NCBI GenBank assembly: GCA_946403755.1 | Contig: CAMJBC010000006.1 | Span: forward strand, 46,176-110,175 | DNA: 64,000 nucleotides | Reading direction: 5' to 3' | DNA from: an uncultured Mycoplasmatota bacterium | GTDB taxonomy: Bacteria > Bacillota_I > Bacilli_A > RF39 > UBA660 | Part shown: piece after piece, positions 10,501 through 21,196 of the stretch | Layout: each line of letters opens with the position of its first letter | Position numbering within the stretch: position 1 is the stretch's first letter | Notes under the pieces: generated by a model | Told to the model about the DNA's origin: nothing | What the model saw: the letters and a program-made list of their open reading frames with translations, nothing else | The model's database searches: none | Made by a program: the position numbers and the translations under genes

Positions 10501-11862
10501 TGACTCTTTATAATTTAATACTTCTTCAGCATCATCTAGATGTTGTTTTTCTTTACCAATTATTTGATAATTTTCATGACCTTTACCAAGTATCAATAAA
10601 ATATCATCTTTTTGCATTATATCAATAGCATGATGTATAGCTTTTTTTCTATCTAATATTACTTCATAATTATCTTTAGTTTTAACACCTTTTAAAATAT
10701 CATCCATTATTTTATTTGGATCTTCTGTTCTAGGATTATCATTAGTAAATATTGTATAGTCAGATAGAGTAGTTGCTATATTACCCATAATAGGTCTTTT
10801 TTTAGGATCTCTATCACCACCACATCCAATTATTGTAATAGTTCTATTTTTCTTAAGCTCATTATATGCTTTAATAACTTTTTCTTCAGCATCTGGTGTA
10901 TGAGCATAATCTATAACAGCAAATCCTTCTTTTACTTTATATACTTCACATCTACCTTTAGGTGCTTTTAATTCATTTGTATGTTTTATAATATCTTCTA
11001 TACTAAATCCACAATTATTAACAATAGATAACATAGTTAAGTAGTTATAAATATTAAACATATTTGTTAAAGGAATAACTACATCATATTCTTTATTATC
11101 ATATTTAAATTTAAGTTTAGTTTCAGCAGGATCTATTTCATAATTTAATATTTCATAATCTGCATTGTATCCAAATGATAATACTTTATGACCATCTTTT
11201 TTAAAATAGGTATGTTTTTCATCATCTTTATTAACTAAAATTACTGCATTATCTTTTAAATGATCTAATATCATTAATTTAGCATTTAAATAGTTTTCCA
11301 TAGTTTTATGATAATCTAAATGATCTTCTGTTAGATTAGTAAATCCAATTACATCATAATTAATACCAAATAATCTATCATATGATAATGCTTGTGATGA
11401 TACTTCCATAACTACATATTTACATCCTTTTTCATATGCCTCAGTTAACAATCTATAAACAATTAAAATATCTGGTGTAGTATTATTTAATTCAATAAAT
11501 TCATCTTTATGATAAAAACCAATTGTACCAATGTAAGCTGCATCAATACCAAGTGATAATAACATTTGATATATTAAATAACAACTTGTAGTTTTACCAT
11601 TAGTACCAGTTACTCCAATTATATGTAATTTATCTAAAATATTACCATATTCTTTTTTTAACAATTCTTTTTCATATTCTTCTGTATTATCTACTTTTAT
11701 ATATGGAATATCTATATCAAGATCTTTTTCACAAATTATTTCAGAAACTCCATTTTCTATAGCTTTATCTATATAATCATGTCCATCTACTGTAAGACCT
11801 TTAATAGCTATAAATGTTTGTCCCTTTTTAACTTTTCTAGAATCATTTTCATATTTAAACAT
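10495..11862 (-). CDS. murE: UDP-N-acetylmuramoyl-L-alanyl-D-glutamate--2,6-diaminopimelate ligase
   Basis: GVTGTNGKTT, MEVSS, DHLDYH, DYAHTPD, GCGGDRD, DNPR (meso-DAP specificity), GKGHE; ATG 11862 follows GGAG. Confidence 0.95.
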   Translation of the reverse strand: MFKYENDSRKVKKGQTFIAIKGLTVDGHDYIDKAIENGVSEIICEKDLDIDIPYIKVDNTEEYEKELLKKEYGNILDKLHIIGVTGTNGKTTSCYLIYQMLLSLGIDAAYIGTIGFYHKDEFIELNNTTPDILIVYRLLTEAYEKGCKYVVMEVSSQALSYDRLFGINYDVIGFTNLTEDHLDYHKTMENYLNAKLMILDHLKDNAVILVNKDDEKHTYFKKDGHKVLSFGYNADYEILNYEIDPAETKLKFKYDNKEYDVVIPLTNMFNIYNYLTMLSIVNNCGFSIEDIIKHTNELKAPKGRCEVYKVKEGFAVIDYAHTPDAEEKVIKAYNELKKNRTITIIGCGGDRDPKKRPIMGNIATTLSDYTIFTNDNPRTEDPNKIMDDILKGVKTKDNYEVILDRKKAIHHAIDIMQKDDILLILGKGHENYQIIGKEKQHLDDAEEVLNYKESL

Positions 11863-11966
11863 ATCAATCACTCCAATATAATTATATATTTAATAATTAT
11901 TAAAATCTATATATTTTTTCCACAACAATTCCACATTTATGTTATAATGTACTTAGGAGGAATATC

Positions 11967-12365
11967 ATGGATAAGAAAGAAAAAGCTAAAGGAGTAATTA
12001 AAGAATTTAAAGAGTTTATTTCTAGAGGAAATGTAATGGATATGGCAGTAGGTGTAATTGTTGGTGCTGCATTTGGAAAAATAGTAACAGCATTAGTAGA
12101 TTGCATTTTAATGCCAATTGTAGGTTTAGCTTTAGGTGGGCTTAACTTTTCTTCATTAAGATGGAATATTGCTGGTGACACTATTATTTATTATGGTGCT
12201 TTCATTCAAGCAGTAGTTGATTTCTTAATTGTAGCTGTATGTATATTCTTTGTAGTAAAAGCTATGAATAAATTTAAGAAAAAAGAAGAACCAAAAGAAG
12301 AAGCTCCAGCTAAATCTGATGAAGTTAAATTACTTGAAGAAATTAGAGATTTATTAAAGAAATAA
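11967..12365 (+). CDS. mscL: Large-conductance mechanosensitive channel
   Basis: EFKEFISRGNVMDMAVGVIVGAAFGKIV...LLEEIRDLL. Confidence 0.97.
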   Translation: MDKKEKAKGVIKEFKEFISRGNVMDMAVGVIVGAAFGKIVTALVDCILMPIVGLALGGLNFSSLRWNIAGDTIIYYGAFIQAVVDFLIVAVCIFFVVKAMNKFKKKEEPKEEAPAKSDEVKLLEEIRDLLKK

Positions 12366-12390
12366 AAAACACTTTTAAAAGTGTTTTTTT
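12365..12390. terminator. Bidirectional terminator
   Basis: AAAAACACTTT-TA-AAAGTGTTTTTTT between convergent stops. Confidence 0.8.
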
Positions 12391-12826
12391 ATATATTTTG
12401 AATTTTATCTAATGCTTCAATATATTTATTTTTAGTAAATCCCATATTAGGAGGACATTGTACACAATGTTCACCTAAATGACCAGGAAAATAAGCATCA
12501 TCTAATATTAAAAATTTATCTATTTCATGTTCATGTTCTTTTATATAATCTCTAACTTGTTCAACTCTACCTTTATTATTTATTTCAGTACAACCAAGTA
12601 TTTTAATATCTTTATCTATTCCAAAACTATAAAATAAATCTTTATATTTTGGATACTTTCTCCATGAACTACTAATAACTAAATCAAAGTCAAAATCTAA
12701 ACATAATTGATTTAAATATTTAATTGCTTGTTCATTAACAATGTTCTCTTTAAAGTTATCACTTGGTATACTTATAACACCATCATAATCTAAAAAAATA
12801 ACATTGTGTTTTTTACTAGTAGTCAT
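12389..12826 (-). CDS. HAD-superfamily protein (Swiss Army Knife RNA repair-like HAD type)
   Basis: IFLDYDGV, VISSSWR, FLILDD; ATG 12826 after AGGTG. Confidence 0.8.
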   Translation of the reverse strand: MTTSKKHNVIFLDYDGVISIPSDNFKENIVNEQAIKYLNQLCLDFDFDLVISSSWRKYPKYKDLFYSFGIDKDIKILGCTEINNKGRVEQVRDYIKEHEHEIDKFLILDDAYFPGHLGEHCVQCPPNMGFTKNKYIEALDKIQNI

Positions 12827-12915
12827 ATAATCACCTACAATCATTTTATCACAAAAAATATAAAAATATAATAATAAATTATGGTATAATATTAATATGT
12901 AAAGCGGAGGGTATT

Positions 12916-14871
12916 ATGGAAGAAAAACTACGTAGAATGGAAGAACTTGTTGAACTATTGAATGAGGCTGCTAGACAGTATTATCAATTTAGTTCTCCAA
13001 TCATGAGTGATTATGAATATGATAAGCTTTATGATGAGTTAGTTAACCTTGAAAAAGAAACTCAAACAACTCTTTCTAATAGTCCTACTATTAATGTAGA
13101 AACTGAAGTATCAGCAACATTAGAGAAAGTTGAACATCCAAGCCCAATGCTATCTCTTGCTAAAACTAAAAGTATAGATGATTTAAAATCATTTATTGGT
13201 GATAAAAAAGGATTATTATCTTGGAAATTAGATGGTCTTACAATAGTTCTTACATATAAAAAAGGTAAATTATTTAGTGGTGTAACTAGAGGTAATGGTA
13301 TTATTGGTGAAGTAGTAACAGAAAATGTTAAGAAATTTAAAAATATACCATTAGAAATTCCATTTAAAGGAGATCTTGTTGTAAGAGGAGAAGCTATTAT
13401 TAAATATTCTGATTTCAATAAAATGAATGATGATAATGTTAGTGATGGAGAATTACAATTTAAGAATCCTAGAAATCTATGTAGTGGAAGTGTTAGACAA
13501 TTAGATAGTAGTGTAACAGCAAAAAGAAATGTAAATATAATAATATTTGCTTTAATAGAAGCAGATACTAATATACCAAATTCTAAGAAAGAACAATTTG
13601 ATTGGTTAGATTCATTAGGATTTGAAACAGTTGAAAGAGTAGAAGTTACTTCTTCAACAATGGAAGAAGAAGTATTAAACTTCAAAGAAAAAATTAAAAC
13701 TTATGATATACCAAGTGATGGTTTAGTTCTTACATTTGATGATAGTGCTTATGGAGAAAGCTTAGGTAGTACAGCCAAGTATCCAAAACATTCAATAGCA
13801 TTCAAATGGAAAGATGAAACAGTTGAAACAACATTATTAAGTGTAGACTGGATGGCATCAAGAACTGGTTTAATAAACCCAGTGGCAGTATTTGAAAGTG
13901 TTGAAATAGAAGGAACTGTTGTTTCAAGAGCATCCCTCCACAATTTATCTATAATGGGTAATTTACATTTAGGTATAGGAGATACTATTGAAGTATTTAA
14001 AGCTAATATGATCATTCCACAAGTTGCTAATAACTTAACAATGAGTGATAATATTAAAATACCTGATAAATGTCCAGTATGTGGAGAACCAACAGTTATT
14101 GAAACAATAAATAAAGTTAAATACTTATATTGTAATAATGACTTTTGTCCAGCTAAATTAATTAAAAGATTAAGTTTATTTACTAGTAGAAATGCTATGA
14201 ATATAGATGGAATATCAGATCAAATATTATCTAGATTTATTAGTGAAGGAATACTTACTAGTTACAGAGATTTATATCATTTAGATGATTATAAAGATGA
14301 AATAGTTAATTATGATGGATTTGGTGAAAAATCATATCAAAATATGTTAGATAGTATTAATAAATCAAGAAAAGTTAAATTACCAAACTTCATATATGCA
14401 TTAGGTATTCCAGAAATAGGAGTATCAAGAGCTAAATTAATATGTAATAAATACAATAATGATTTTGATAAAGTTAGAAATCTTACTTTTGAAGAGTTAA
14501 GTGCTATTGATGGAGTAGGAGATGTAATAGCTAAGGAATGGATAAGATATTTTACAAATGAAGAATTTATTCATGAATTAGATGACTTGATAAAAGAATT
14601 AGATTTTGAAAAAGGTAATGATAAAGGAAATAAATTACAAGATTTAACATTTGTAATAACAGGATCTATAAATAATTTTAATAATAGAGATGAAATGATA
14701 GAATTTATTGAACAAAATGGTGGTAAAGTAGTATCAAGCATTTCTAGTAAAGTAAATTATTTAATAAATAATGATGTTAATTCAACATCTACTAAAAATA
14801 GAATGGCTAATGAGTTAAATATTAAAATAATCTCTGAAGAAGAGTTTATGAATATGGTAGGAGGAAAATAA
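12916..14871 (+). CDS. ligA: NAD-dependent DNA ligase
   Basis: KLDG adenylation motif, TRGNG, VRGE, NPRN, Cys zinc finger, HhH, BRCT. Confidence 0.97.
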   Translation: MEEKLRRMEELVELLNEAARQYYQFSSPIMSDYEYDKLYDELVNLEKETQTTLSNSPTINVETEVSATLEKVEHPSPMLSLAKTKSIDDLKSFIGDKKGLLSWKLDGLTIVLTYKKGKLFSGVTRGNGIIGEVVTENVKKFKNIPLEIPFKGDLVVRGEAIIKYSDFNKMNDDNVSDGELQFKNPRNLCSGSVRQLDSSVTAKRNVNIIIFALIEADTNIPNSKKEQFDWLDSLGFETVERVEVTSSTMEEEVLNFKEKIKTYDIPSDGLVLTFDDSAYGESLGSTAKYPKHSIAFKWKDETVETTLLSVDWMASRTGLINPVAVFESVEIEGTVVSRASLHNLSIMGNLHLGIGDTIEVFKANMIIPQVANNLTMSDNIKIPDKCPVCGEPTVIETINKVKYLYCNNDFCPAKLIKRLSLFTSRNAMNIDGISDQILSRFISEGILTSYRDLYHLDDYKDEIVNYDGFGEKSYQNMLDSINKSRKVKLPNFIYALGIPEIGVSRAKLICNKYNNDFDKVRNLTFEELSAIDGVGDVIAKEWIRYFTNEEFIHELDDLIKELDFEKGNDKGNKLQDLTFVITGSINNFNNRDEMIEFIEQNGGKVVSSISSKVNYLINNDVNSTSTKNRMANELNIKIISEEEFMNMVGGK

Positions 14872-14872
14872 A

Positions 14873-16441
14873 ATGTATAAAAATAACAAATTAGTAATAG
14901 GTAAAAATGGAGATCATGAACTATGTATTTTACCAAAAATGGCTAACAGACATGGTATTATAACAGGAGCTAGTGGTAGTGGTAAAACTACAACAGTTAA
15001 AGTTATAGCTGAATCATTTTCTAGCGCTGGTATTCCAGTATTATATGTTGATGTTAAAGGAGATTTAGCTAGTATATGTAAAGCAGGAGAACCTAATGAA
15101 AATGTTGATAAGAGAGTTGTTTCATTAAAATTAGAAGATTTCACATATCAATCATTTCCAGTAACTTTCTTTGATGTATTTAAGAAAATGGGTCATCCAA
15201 TTAGAACAACAGTTGAAAGTATTGGACCAAGATTATTATCAATATTACTTGGACTTTCTGATGCTCAAGAAGGAGTACTTGCAATAGTATTCCAAATTGC
15301 TAAAGATGAAGAAATGCATTTAATAGATCTTGGAGATTTAAAGAGTTTATTACTTTATGTAGGAGATAATAAAGATAAATATATAACTAAGTATGGAAAC
15401 ATTACTACTCAAACAGTTGGGGCAATTCAAAGAAATATTTTAATGCTTGAACAAGAGGGCGGAGTTGAATTCTTTGGTAAACCAGAATTACAATTATTTG
15501 ACTTAATGCAATTTGACTATAATGGTAAAGGCTTTGTAAATGTACTTGACGCTCAAGAACTATTTAAAAAGCCAACATTATATGCTGTATTCTTAGTATG
15601 GATGTTAAATAATTTATATGATAATTTACCAGAAGTAGGAGATTTAGAAAGACCTAAACTTGCATTATTCTTAGATGAAGCACATTTAATCTTTTCTGAA
15701 ATGTCACCTGCTGTTACTAAACAAATAGTACAAGTTGTAAAACTAATTCGTTCTAAAGGAGTAGGTGTATACTTTATTTCTCAATCACCAAGTGATGTAC
15801 CAGATGATATTCTTTCTCAACTTGGTAATAAAGTACAACATGTACTTAGAAGTTATACTCCAAGTGATGATAAAGCTATCAAAGCTGCTGCTAATTCATT
15901 TAGAACAAATCCTAAATTTAAAACAGAAGATGCTATTAGAGAATTAGCAACAGGAGAAGCTTTAATATCATTCTTAGATGAAAAAGGTGAACCAAGCATC
16001 GTTGAAAGAGCATGGATTTTACCTCCACAAAGTTTCATGGGGACTATTAGCGATGAATTAAGAGATTCATTAATTAAATCAAGTCGTATATATGGAAAAT
16101 ATGAAACTGAACAAAATGAAGTTTCTGCTACTGAAAAAGTAGATGAAGAAAATGCTAAGATAGCTGAAGAAAAGAAAAAAATTGAAGAAGAAAAGCAAGC
16201 TGCTATCAAAGCAAAAGAAGAAGAAAAACAAAGATTAGCTGCTGAAAAGCAAGCTGAAAAAGAAGCTAAAGAACAAGCTAGATTAGAAAAAGAGGCCCAA
16301 AAACAAAAAGAAAAAGAAGAAAAAGAAGCTGAAAAGAAGAGAAAACAAAATACTAAGATATTTAGACAACTTGGTAATAAAGTTGTTAATAAAGCAACAA
16401 CTAAAGCTGTTAATACACTATGGAAAGGTATATTTAAATAG
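14873..16441 (+). CDS. DUF853/YjgR HerA-like ATPase with charged C-terminal coiled coil
   Basis: ANRHGIITGASGSGKT, DVKGDL, LDEAHL, LIRSKGVGVYFISQ, QLGNKVQHVLR. Confidence 0.9.
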   Translation: MYKNNKLVIGKNGDHELCILPKMANRHGIITGASGSGKTTTVKVIAESFSSAGIPVLYVDVKGDLASICKAGEPNENVDKRVVSLKLEDFTYQSFPVTFFDVFKKMGHPIRTTVESIGPRLLSILLGLSDAQEGVLAIVFQIAKDEEMHLIDLGDLKSLLLYVGDNKDKYITKYGNITTQTVGAIQRNILMLEQEGGVEFFGKPELQLFDLMQFDYNGKGFVNVLDAQELFKKPTLYAVFLVWMLNNLYDNLPEVGDLERPKLALFLDEAHLIFSEMSPAVTKQIVQVVKLIRSKGVGVYFISQSPSDVPDDILSQLGNKVQHVLRSYTPSDDKAIKAAANSFRTNPKFKTEDAIRELATGEALISFLDEKGEPSIVERAWILPPQSFMGTISDELRDSLIKSSRIYGKYETEQNEVSATEKVDEENAKIAEEKKKIEEEKQAAIKAKEEEKQRLAAEKQAEKEAKEQARLEKEAQKQKEKEEKEAEKKRKQNTKIFRQLGNKVVNKATTKAVNTLWKGIFK

Positions 16442-16839
16442 TGAATAAAAGAAATAAAATTGTTTGTATTTCACTAGCAGTATTAGTATTATTAGTTATA
16501 GGTTTTAATTATTATAGAGATAATTTAAAACCTACAACGCTTCCTATAAGAGAATATAAACCTATACATGATAGAGACTTTGTAAATAATGAAGTTATTA
16601 TTACATTTTATGATGATGCTACAAATGAAGAAAAAGAAGATTTTTTTGATAGCATATCTGATCTAAGTTATTCTAGAAATTTATATGATAATACATATGT
16701 TTTAGAATTAAATCGTAGTTTTGAAACTCGTAGTGAAGTTATTATATATTGTGATCAATTAAATAAAAATAAATATATTAAATACTGTGAACCAAACAAT
16801 ATTATAAAATTAGATGATTGTAGTAAGGGGCCTTGCTAA
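16441..16839 (+). CDS. Membrane-anchored protein resembling a stand-alone subtilase prodomain
   Basis: N-terminal TM; FVNNEVIITF...YVLEL...IKYCEPNNII. Confidence 0.5.
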   Translation: MNKRNKIVCISLAVLVLLVIGFNYYRDNLKPTTLPIREYKPIHDRDFVNNEVIITFYDDATNEEKEDFFDSISDLSYSRNLYDNTYVLELNRSFETRSEVIIYCDQLNKNKYIKYCEPNNIIKLDDCSKGPC

Positions 16840-17024
16840 TGGACAGAGATATTAGATTATATAGAAAAGAATTAGCATTTAATAGAACTGATATTTTAGA
16901 GACAATTTATGATAAAGATAAAGAAGAACAAGAACAATTAGATGAATTACAAAAAAACTTAAGAAGAAAAATGCTAATTAGAAAATTTTTAAAAAAATTA
17001 AAAAACATTATTATTACAAAATAA
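16833..17024 (+). CDS. Small hypothetical protein
   Basis: ORF packed in apparent operon; ATG at 16839 is an alternative start. Confidence 0.55.
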   Translation: MLMDRDIRLYRKELAFNRTDILETIYDKDKEEQEQLDELQKNLRRKMLIRKFLKKLKNIIITK

Positions 17025-17034
17025 TGGAGGTTAT

Positions 17035-17367
17035 ATGAATAAAAAATTTAAAGATTTGGATGCATCTGATAATATTGAAACTATTGCTTCAACATTAAGA
17101 AGTGCTTTAGCAGAATATCAAGCTGAATATGAAAAAATGAAATCAGATGGAGTAATAGATGATGAAGAATTAAATAGAATTATTACAACTATGCAAGAAT
17201 TAGAATTTAAAGCTAGAACTCTAAAGACTAGTATGACTGCTCCAAATGAAATACAAATTATGGATGAAATAATTAATATTATTAATGCTGAACAAGTTAA
17301 AATGACTAATATTAAAAATAATCCAATGGAAGAAGTTAAAACAGAATCAGTTCAAATGGAGATGTAA
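17035..17367 (+). CDS. Hypothetical helical protein
   Basis: Strong GGAGG RBS. Confidence 0.75.
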   Translation: MNKKFKDLDASDNIETIASTLRSALAEYQAEYEKMKSDGVIDDEELNRIITTMQELEFKARTLKTSMTAPNEIQIMDEIINIINAEQVKMTNIKNNPMEEVKTESVQMEM

Positions 17368-17368
17368 T

Positions 17369-17584
17369 ATGGATAAGAAACCTTTTAGTTTATTAACAAT
17401 ATTTATTATTCTTATTGTACTTTTAATTATTGGTACTGGAATATATCTTTATTTAAGACCAAATAAATGTGAATCTTATGGTAAAGAATATATGGAACAT
17501 TATAAATATGAAAATGGTATTAAAACATTTTCTTGTTGTAAGAATGATGAAGAATGCATAGTTGTTTCTGAGGAAAGAAAATGA
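17369..17584 (+). CDS. Small membrane-anchored Cys-containing protein
   Basis: TM helix then four Cys; coupled to neighbours. Confidence 0.65.
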   Translation: MDKKPFSLLTIFIILIVLLIIGTGIYLYLRPNKCESYGKEYMEHYKYENGIKTFSCCKNDEECIVVSEERK

Positions 17585-18237
17585 AAAAGAAAATATTATT
17601 TCTTGTATTAATTCTTTGCTTGGTATTATATGGGTGTAAAAAAGAAGAAACATCTGATAACAAATTATTAGATAATGTTAAAGTAGAAGAGTTAGGTATT
17701 ATTAAAAGTGATCTTGGTGAAGAGTGTTTATTACTAAAAGCTACTAATAATAATTCTAATAATATTACAATCTTTTCAACTGTTAAATTATATGATTCAT
17801 CTAAAAAAGAATTAGCAAGTGAAACAGGATATATAAGTTTATATAATAAACAATCTGGATATTATATAGTAGAAATATCAAGTGAGAATAAATATGATTC
17901 ATATGAACTTCAAAATGATGCAGCTGGAAATATGTATGATAATTATAAAGATATTTATAATAATGTAAAATTAGAACAAACTGATTCTGATGATAAAGAA
18001 TTAATTAATTTTAAAATAGAGAATAAATCTAATAAAACTATTTCTGCTAAAGTATTAGGTCTATTCTATAAAAACAATAAAATCATTGCAGCTAGTATAG
18101 GTGAATGTGAAGATGTAGATAAAAATAATACATGTAATGATTCAATATATATACCTGTAGTTAGTGTAGATGATTATAGAATAATAGATTATGATAAGGT
18201 AGAAATATCATTAATGAATGTAAATTATTCAAATTAA
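17581..18237 (+). CDS. Lipoprotein with two FxLYD-like Ig-fold domains
   Basis: Lipobox LYGC; VKLYD and GLFYK repeats. Confidence 0.7.
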   Translation: MKKKILFLVLILCLVLYGCKKEETSDNKLLDNVKVEELGIIKSDLGEECLLLKATNNNSNNITIFSTVKLYDSSKKELASETGYISLYNKQSGYYIVEISSENKYDSYELQNDAAGNMYDNYKDIYNNVKLEQTDSDDKELINFKIENKSNKTISAKVLGLFYKNNKIIAASIGECEDVDKNNTCNDSIYIPVVSVDDYRIIDYDKVEISLMNVNYSN

Positions 18238-18244
18238 AAATGAA

Positions 18245-19141
18245 TTATTCAAAATAATTCATTTTTTTATTTTCTTCAATTAATATACCAGTTGTATAAC
18301 TAACATTAGGTATAAATTTAGATAATTCATTAATAGTAATTTTACTTTCAAAATATTTATTAATATTATTTATTATATTAGTAGCTTTTTTAATACTTTC
18401 TTCATATAAATCATTTATAGATTCTTTATATATAGCAGTTTTAATACAAGGATGATTCCATTTTTTTCTTCTAATATTTAAATATGATTCATTTCCCTTA
18501 ATATGATTAGATAAACAATATGATTTAGTTTTAAACACTTTATCAACAATTCTATAAATAAATAATTTAATACCTAATTTATCCTTAGAAGTAACACTAA
18601 ATAGTATTCTAGCATCTTTAATACTCTTTAAATAATATTTGGATGCATTTTTAATATTATATGTTTCTTCATATGCATAATCTATACATCTCATAAGATT
18701 TCTTGTAAATAATGGATGTATTATTATAGATTTAGATATATTTAAATCTTTATATAATTTATTAGTTTTCTTTTCATATAATAGAGCATCTATATTTCTT
18801 TCTACTTCTCTATGATCTGAAGATTTTAATCCACTTTTATAAAATATATATGGATGCATAGTACTATCTAAAACATAATGAGTTATTGTTCCATATAAAT
18901 AGGATAGGGTATTAATATTACTTAATTGTTTATTATCTTTTATATATTTAATTATATTTAATATATATTTTTGAGTATTTTTAATATGAAATGTATGCGC
19001 TAAAGATCTATATTTTTTATTTAAACTATAGTATAAATAATCATGGCTTTGAGCAAAGATATAATAATTGTTATTAACATTTAATTGTAATTTATCAACA
19101 ATATCTTTAGCAAAAAGATGATGTGTTACGATAGATGGCAT
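18245..19141 (-). CDS. Zinc-dependent phospholipase C family protein
   Basis: MPSIVTH, THYVLDSTMHPYI, HREVERNID; ATG after GAGGTG. Confidence 0.8.
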   Translation of the reverse strand: MPSIVTHHLFAKDIVDKLQLNVNNNYYIFAQSHDYLYYSLNKKYRSLAHTFHIKNTQKYILNIIKYIKDNKQLSNINTLSYLYGTITHYVLDSTMHPYIFYKSGLKSSDHREVERNIDALLYEKKTNKLYKDLNISKSIIIHPLFTRNLMRCIDYAYEETYNIKNASKYYLKSIKDARILFSVTSKDKLGIKLFIYRIVDKVFKTKSYCLSNHIKGNESYLNIRRKKWNHPCIKTAIYKESINDLYEESIKKATNIINNINKYFESKITINELSKFIPNVSYTTGILIEENKKMNYFE

Positions 19142-19186
19142 ATATTTCACCTCAATTTAATTATAACAAAAAAAGTAGTCTTTAGA

Positions 19187-21109
19187 CTACTTCATGTTTA
19201 ATAATAATTTATTAAAATCAATAACATTATCTCTAGGTACTGGTGGTTTTAATCCACTTAATGCTTTAACAGCAGTTTCTCTAGTATACTTAGATATTTT
19301 TTCTTCACCCATTAGTGCTTCTTTAATATCATCATATGTAACTTCAGTTCTATTATCAAGATCTGCAAGCGCATATGCATGTTTAATTACTCTTGATGCT
19401 ATTTGAATTCTACTAGATTTATTATTATAAACTAAATGTTCAGTAGTTTCTAATAACCACCTAATAATTATATCTCTTTTTTCTTCTGAAACTGATAGTT
19501 TAGCTTTAGCAAATTTATTATAACTTTCTATTAAATTATCAAGAATAGAATGCATAGTATCTAAATCTAATTCTGGTAATTTAATTTCTTCAAATATACT
19601 AATAAAACCAGGATTTTCTTCAGAATAATAATCATAATTTTGAGTAGATGTAGCACCAATAATTCTTATTGCTCCATTTCCAATATGTTGTTTTAATAAC
19701 TCAGCTACAGAGTTATCACTATTAGATGTTTTGCCAGCACCAATAGCTTGATGAATATCATCCATGAATACAACTACATTTTTATTAGTAAATGTTTCAT
19801 TAAGTATACGATTAATTTTTTCTTCTAAAGTACCAACATATTGAGTACCTGCTACTAAATCACCGCTACTAATTTTAATTATTCTAGTATCCTTTAATGA
19901 ATCTGGTACAAGACCTTTTTTAATTCTGTAAGCAAGACCTTCAACTAAAGTAGATTTACCACATCCATTTGGTCCAGTTATAATAACTGAAGCATCTCTT
20001 TCAGGGTATAGTAATTTAGTTTCAAGTGCTTTTAATTCTTTTTCTCTACCAACACAAGGATCTTTTAAATATGATTGTGCCGTTAAATCAATACCAATTT
20101 TATTTAAATATGGAGTATCAAAAACTCTATTATTTTCTTTTTTAACTTCAGGACTAACATCACTCATCTTTTTAGGAGCTTCCTTAGTACTAAATAATGA
20201 GCTAGTTTGAAAAGAAACATGAAACACATCACTTTCACTTTCAGGATCATAAAAACGTATTGTTATTTGATCTATTGTATCTGTATTATCAATTATTTTT
20301 TCTAAAATTTGTTCGGTTAAACCAGCACGTCCACCAATTTTAGATATTCTATATAATTTATTAGTCTTTATATTACTTGTTAATATATCACGAGAAGTAC
20401 TAGAATGTTTATATTTCCCATCAACAATAGCTTTTTTAAAATCAATACCATCTTTAAAACTAATAAATGATTCACTATTTTCAGTATTAGGATTTTTTAT
20501 AACAATAGAACAATTATCAAAATCTATAGTTTTATAATCAGATGGATTTTGGGGCTCTAATTCTTCATCTATATCAATAGAATACTTTTTCCAAAAATAT
20601 TCATGATCTAATTCATATATAGCTTTTTCTAAATCTTGTAATAAACTTTCTTGTAAATTAACACCTAACTTATCCATTAATTCATCTATTGGTTCATAAT
20701 AATATTCTAAAAAATAATCAAGTATTTGATGTGCTTGTAAATCAAATAGAGGAATATTAGTATCATTTAAATTATTATTATATTTAATACGATCAGCAAT
20801 AGCTGTAAACATACTAGATAATTTATTTTGTTTTAAATATGATGTTTCTTCAGCTTTAGAAAAAGATAGTTCTTTAAATGGAAAATTAAAACAACCAAGT
20901 ATTTTTTCTAAAGTAATACCATAGTTTTCAAATACTTTTCTAACTTTTTCATTATTTTTAATCGCAGATATTAAAAAAGATATACCCATATATTTTTCTA
21001 ATGGATTATCTTGATCATGTTGTATAAAAAAATCTAAATAAGAAAAAGCCTCATCTATGTATGTTTTTGTTTCATCATTTAAATTAATTAGTATTTCATC
21101 ATTGTTCAT
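19187..21109 (-). CDS. Clp/Hsp100-like single AAA+ module protein with long divergent N-terminus
   Basis: DPCVGREKE, GPNGCGKST, LVAGTQYVGTLEE, FMDDIH, IIGATS; ATG 21109 after GGGGG. Confidence 0.8.
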   Translation of the reverse strand: MNNDEILINLNDETKTYIDEAFSYLDFFIQHDQDNPLEKYMGISFLISAIKNNEKVRKVFENYGITLEKILGCFNFPFKELSFSKAEETSYLKQNKLSSMFTAIADRIKYNNNLNDTNIPLFDLQAHQILDYFLEYYYEPIDELMDKLGVNLQESLLQDLEKAIYELDHEYFWKKYSIDIDEELEPQNPSDYKTIDFDNCSIVIKNPNTENSESFISFKDGIDFKKAIVDGKYKHSSTSRDILTSNIKTNKLYRISKIGGRAGLTEQILEKIIDNTDTIDQITIRFYDPESESDVFHVSFQTSSLFSTKEAPKKMSDVSPEVKKENNRVFDTPYLNKIGIDLTAQSYLKDPCVGREKELKALETKLLYPERDASVIITGPNGCGKSTLVEGLAYRIKKGLVPDSLKDTRIIKISSGDLVAGTQYVGTLEEKINRILNETFTNKNVVVFMDDIHQAIGAGKTSNSDNSVAELLKQHIGNGAIRIIGATSTQNYDYYSEENPGFISIFEEIKLPELDLDTMHSILDNLIESYNKFAKAKLSVSEEKRDIIIRWLLETTEHLVYNNKSSRIQIASRVIKHAYALADLDNRTEVTYDDIKEALMGEEKISKYTRETAVKALSGLKPPVPRDNVIDFNKLLLNMK

Positions 21110-21196
21110 ACAAATGCCCCCAATATAAATATTTATATTAACAAAATGATGTATTAAAGTCAATTTTATTTATGATATAATTTTATTGGTGATAAC

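Noticed and set aside
13062-16209. Antisense ORFs within ligA and DUF853, and similar short ones elsewhere (1942, 3788, 4103, 11942, 32215, 63536)
   Set aside because: Fully overlap well-supported genes on the opposite strand; no motifs or RBS.
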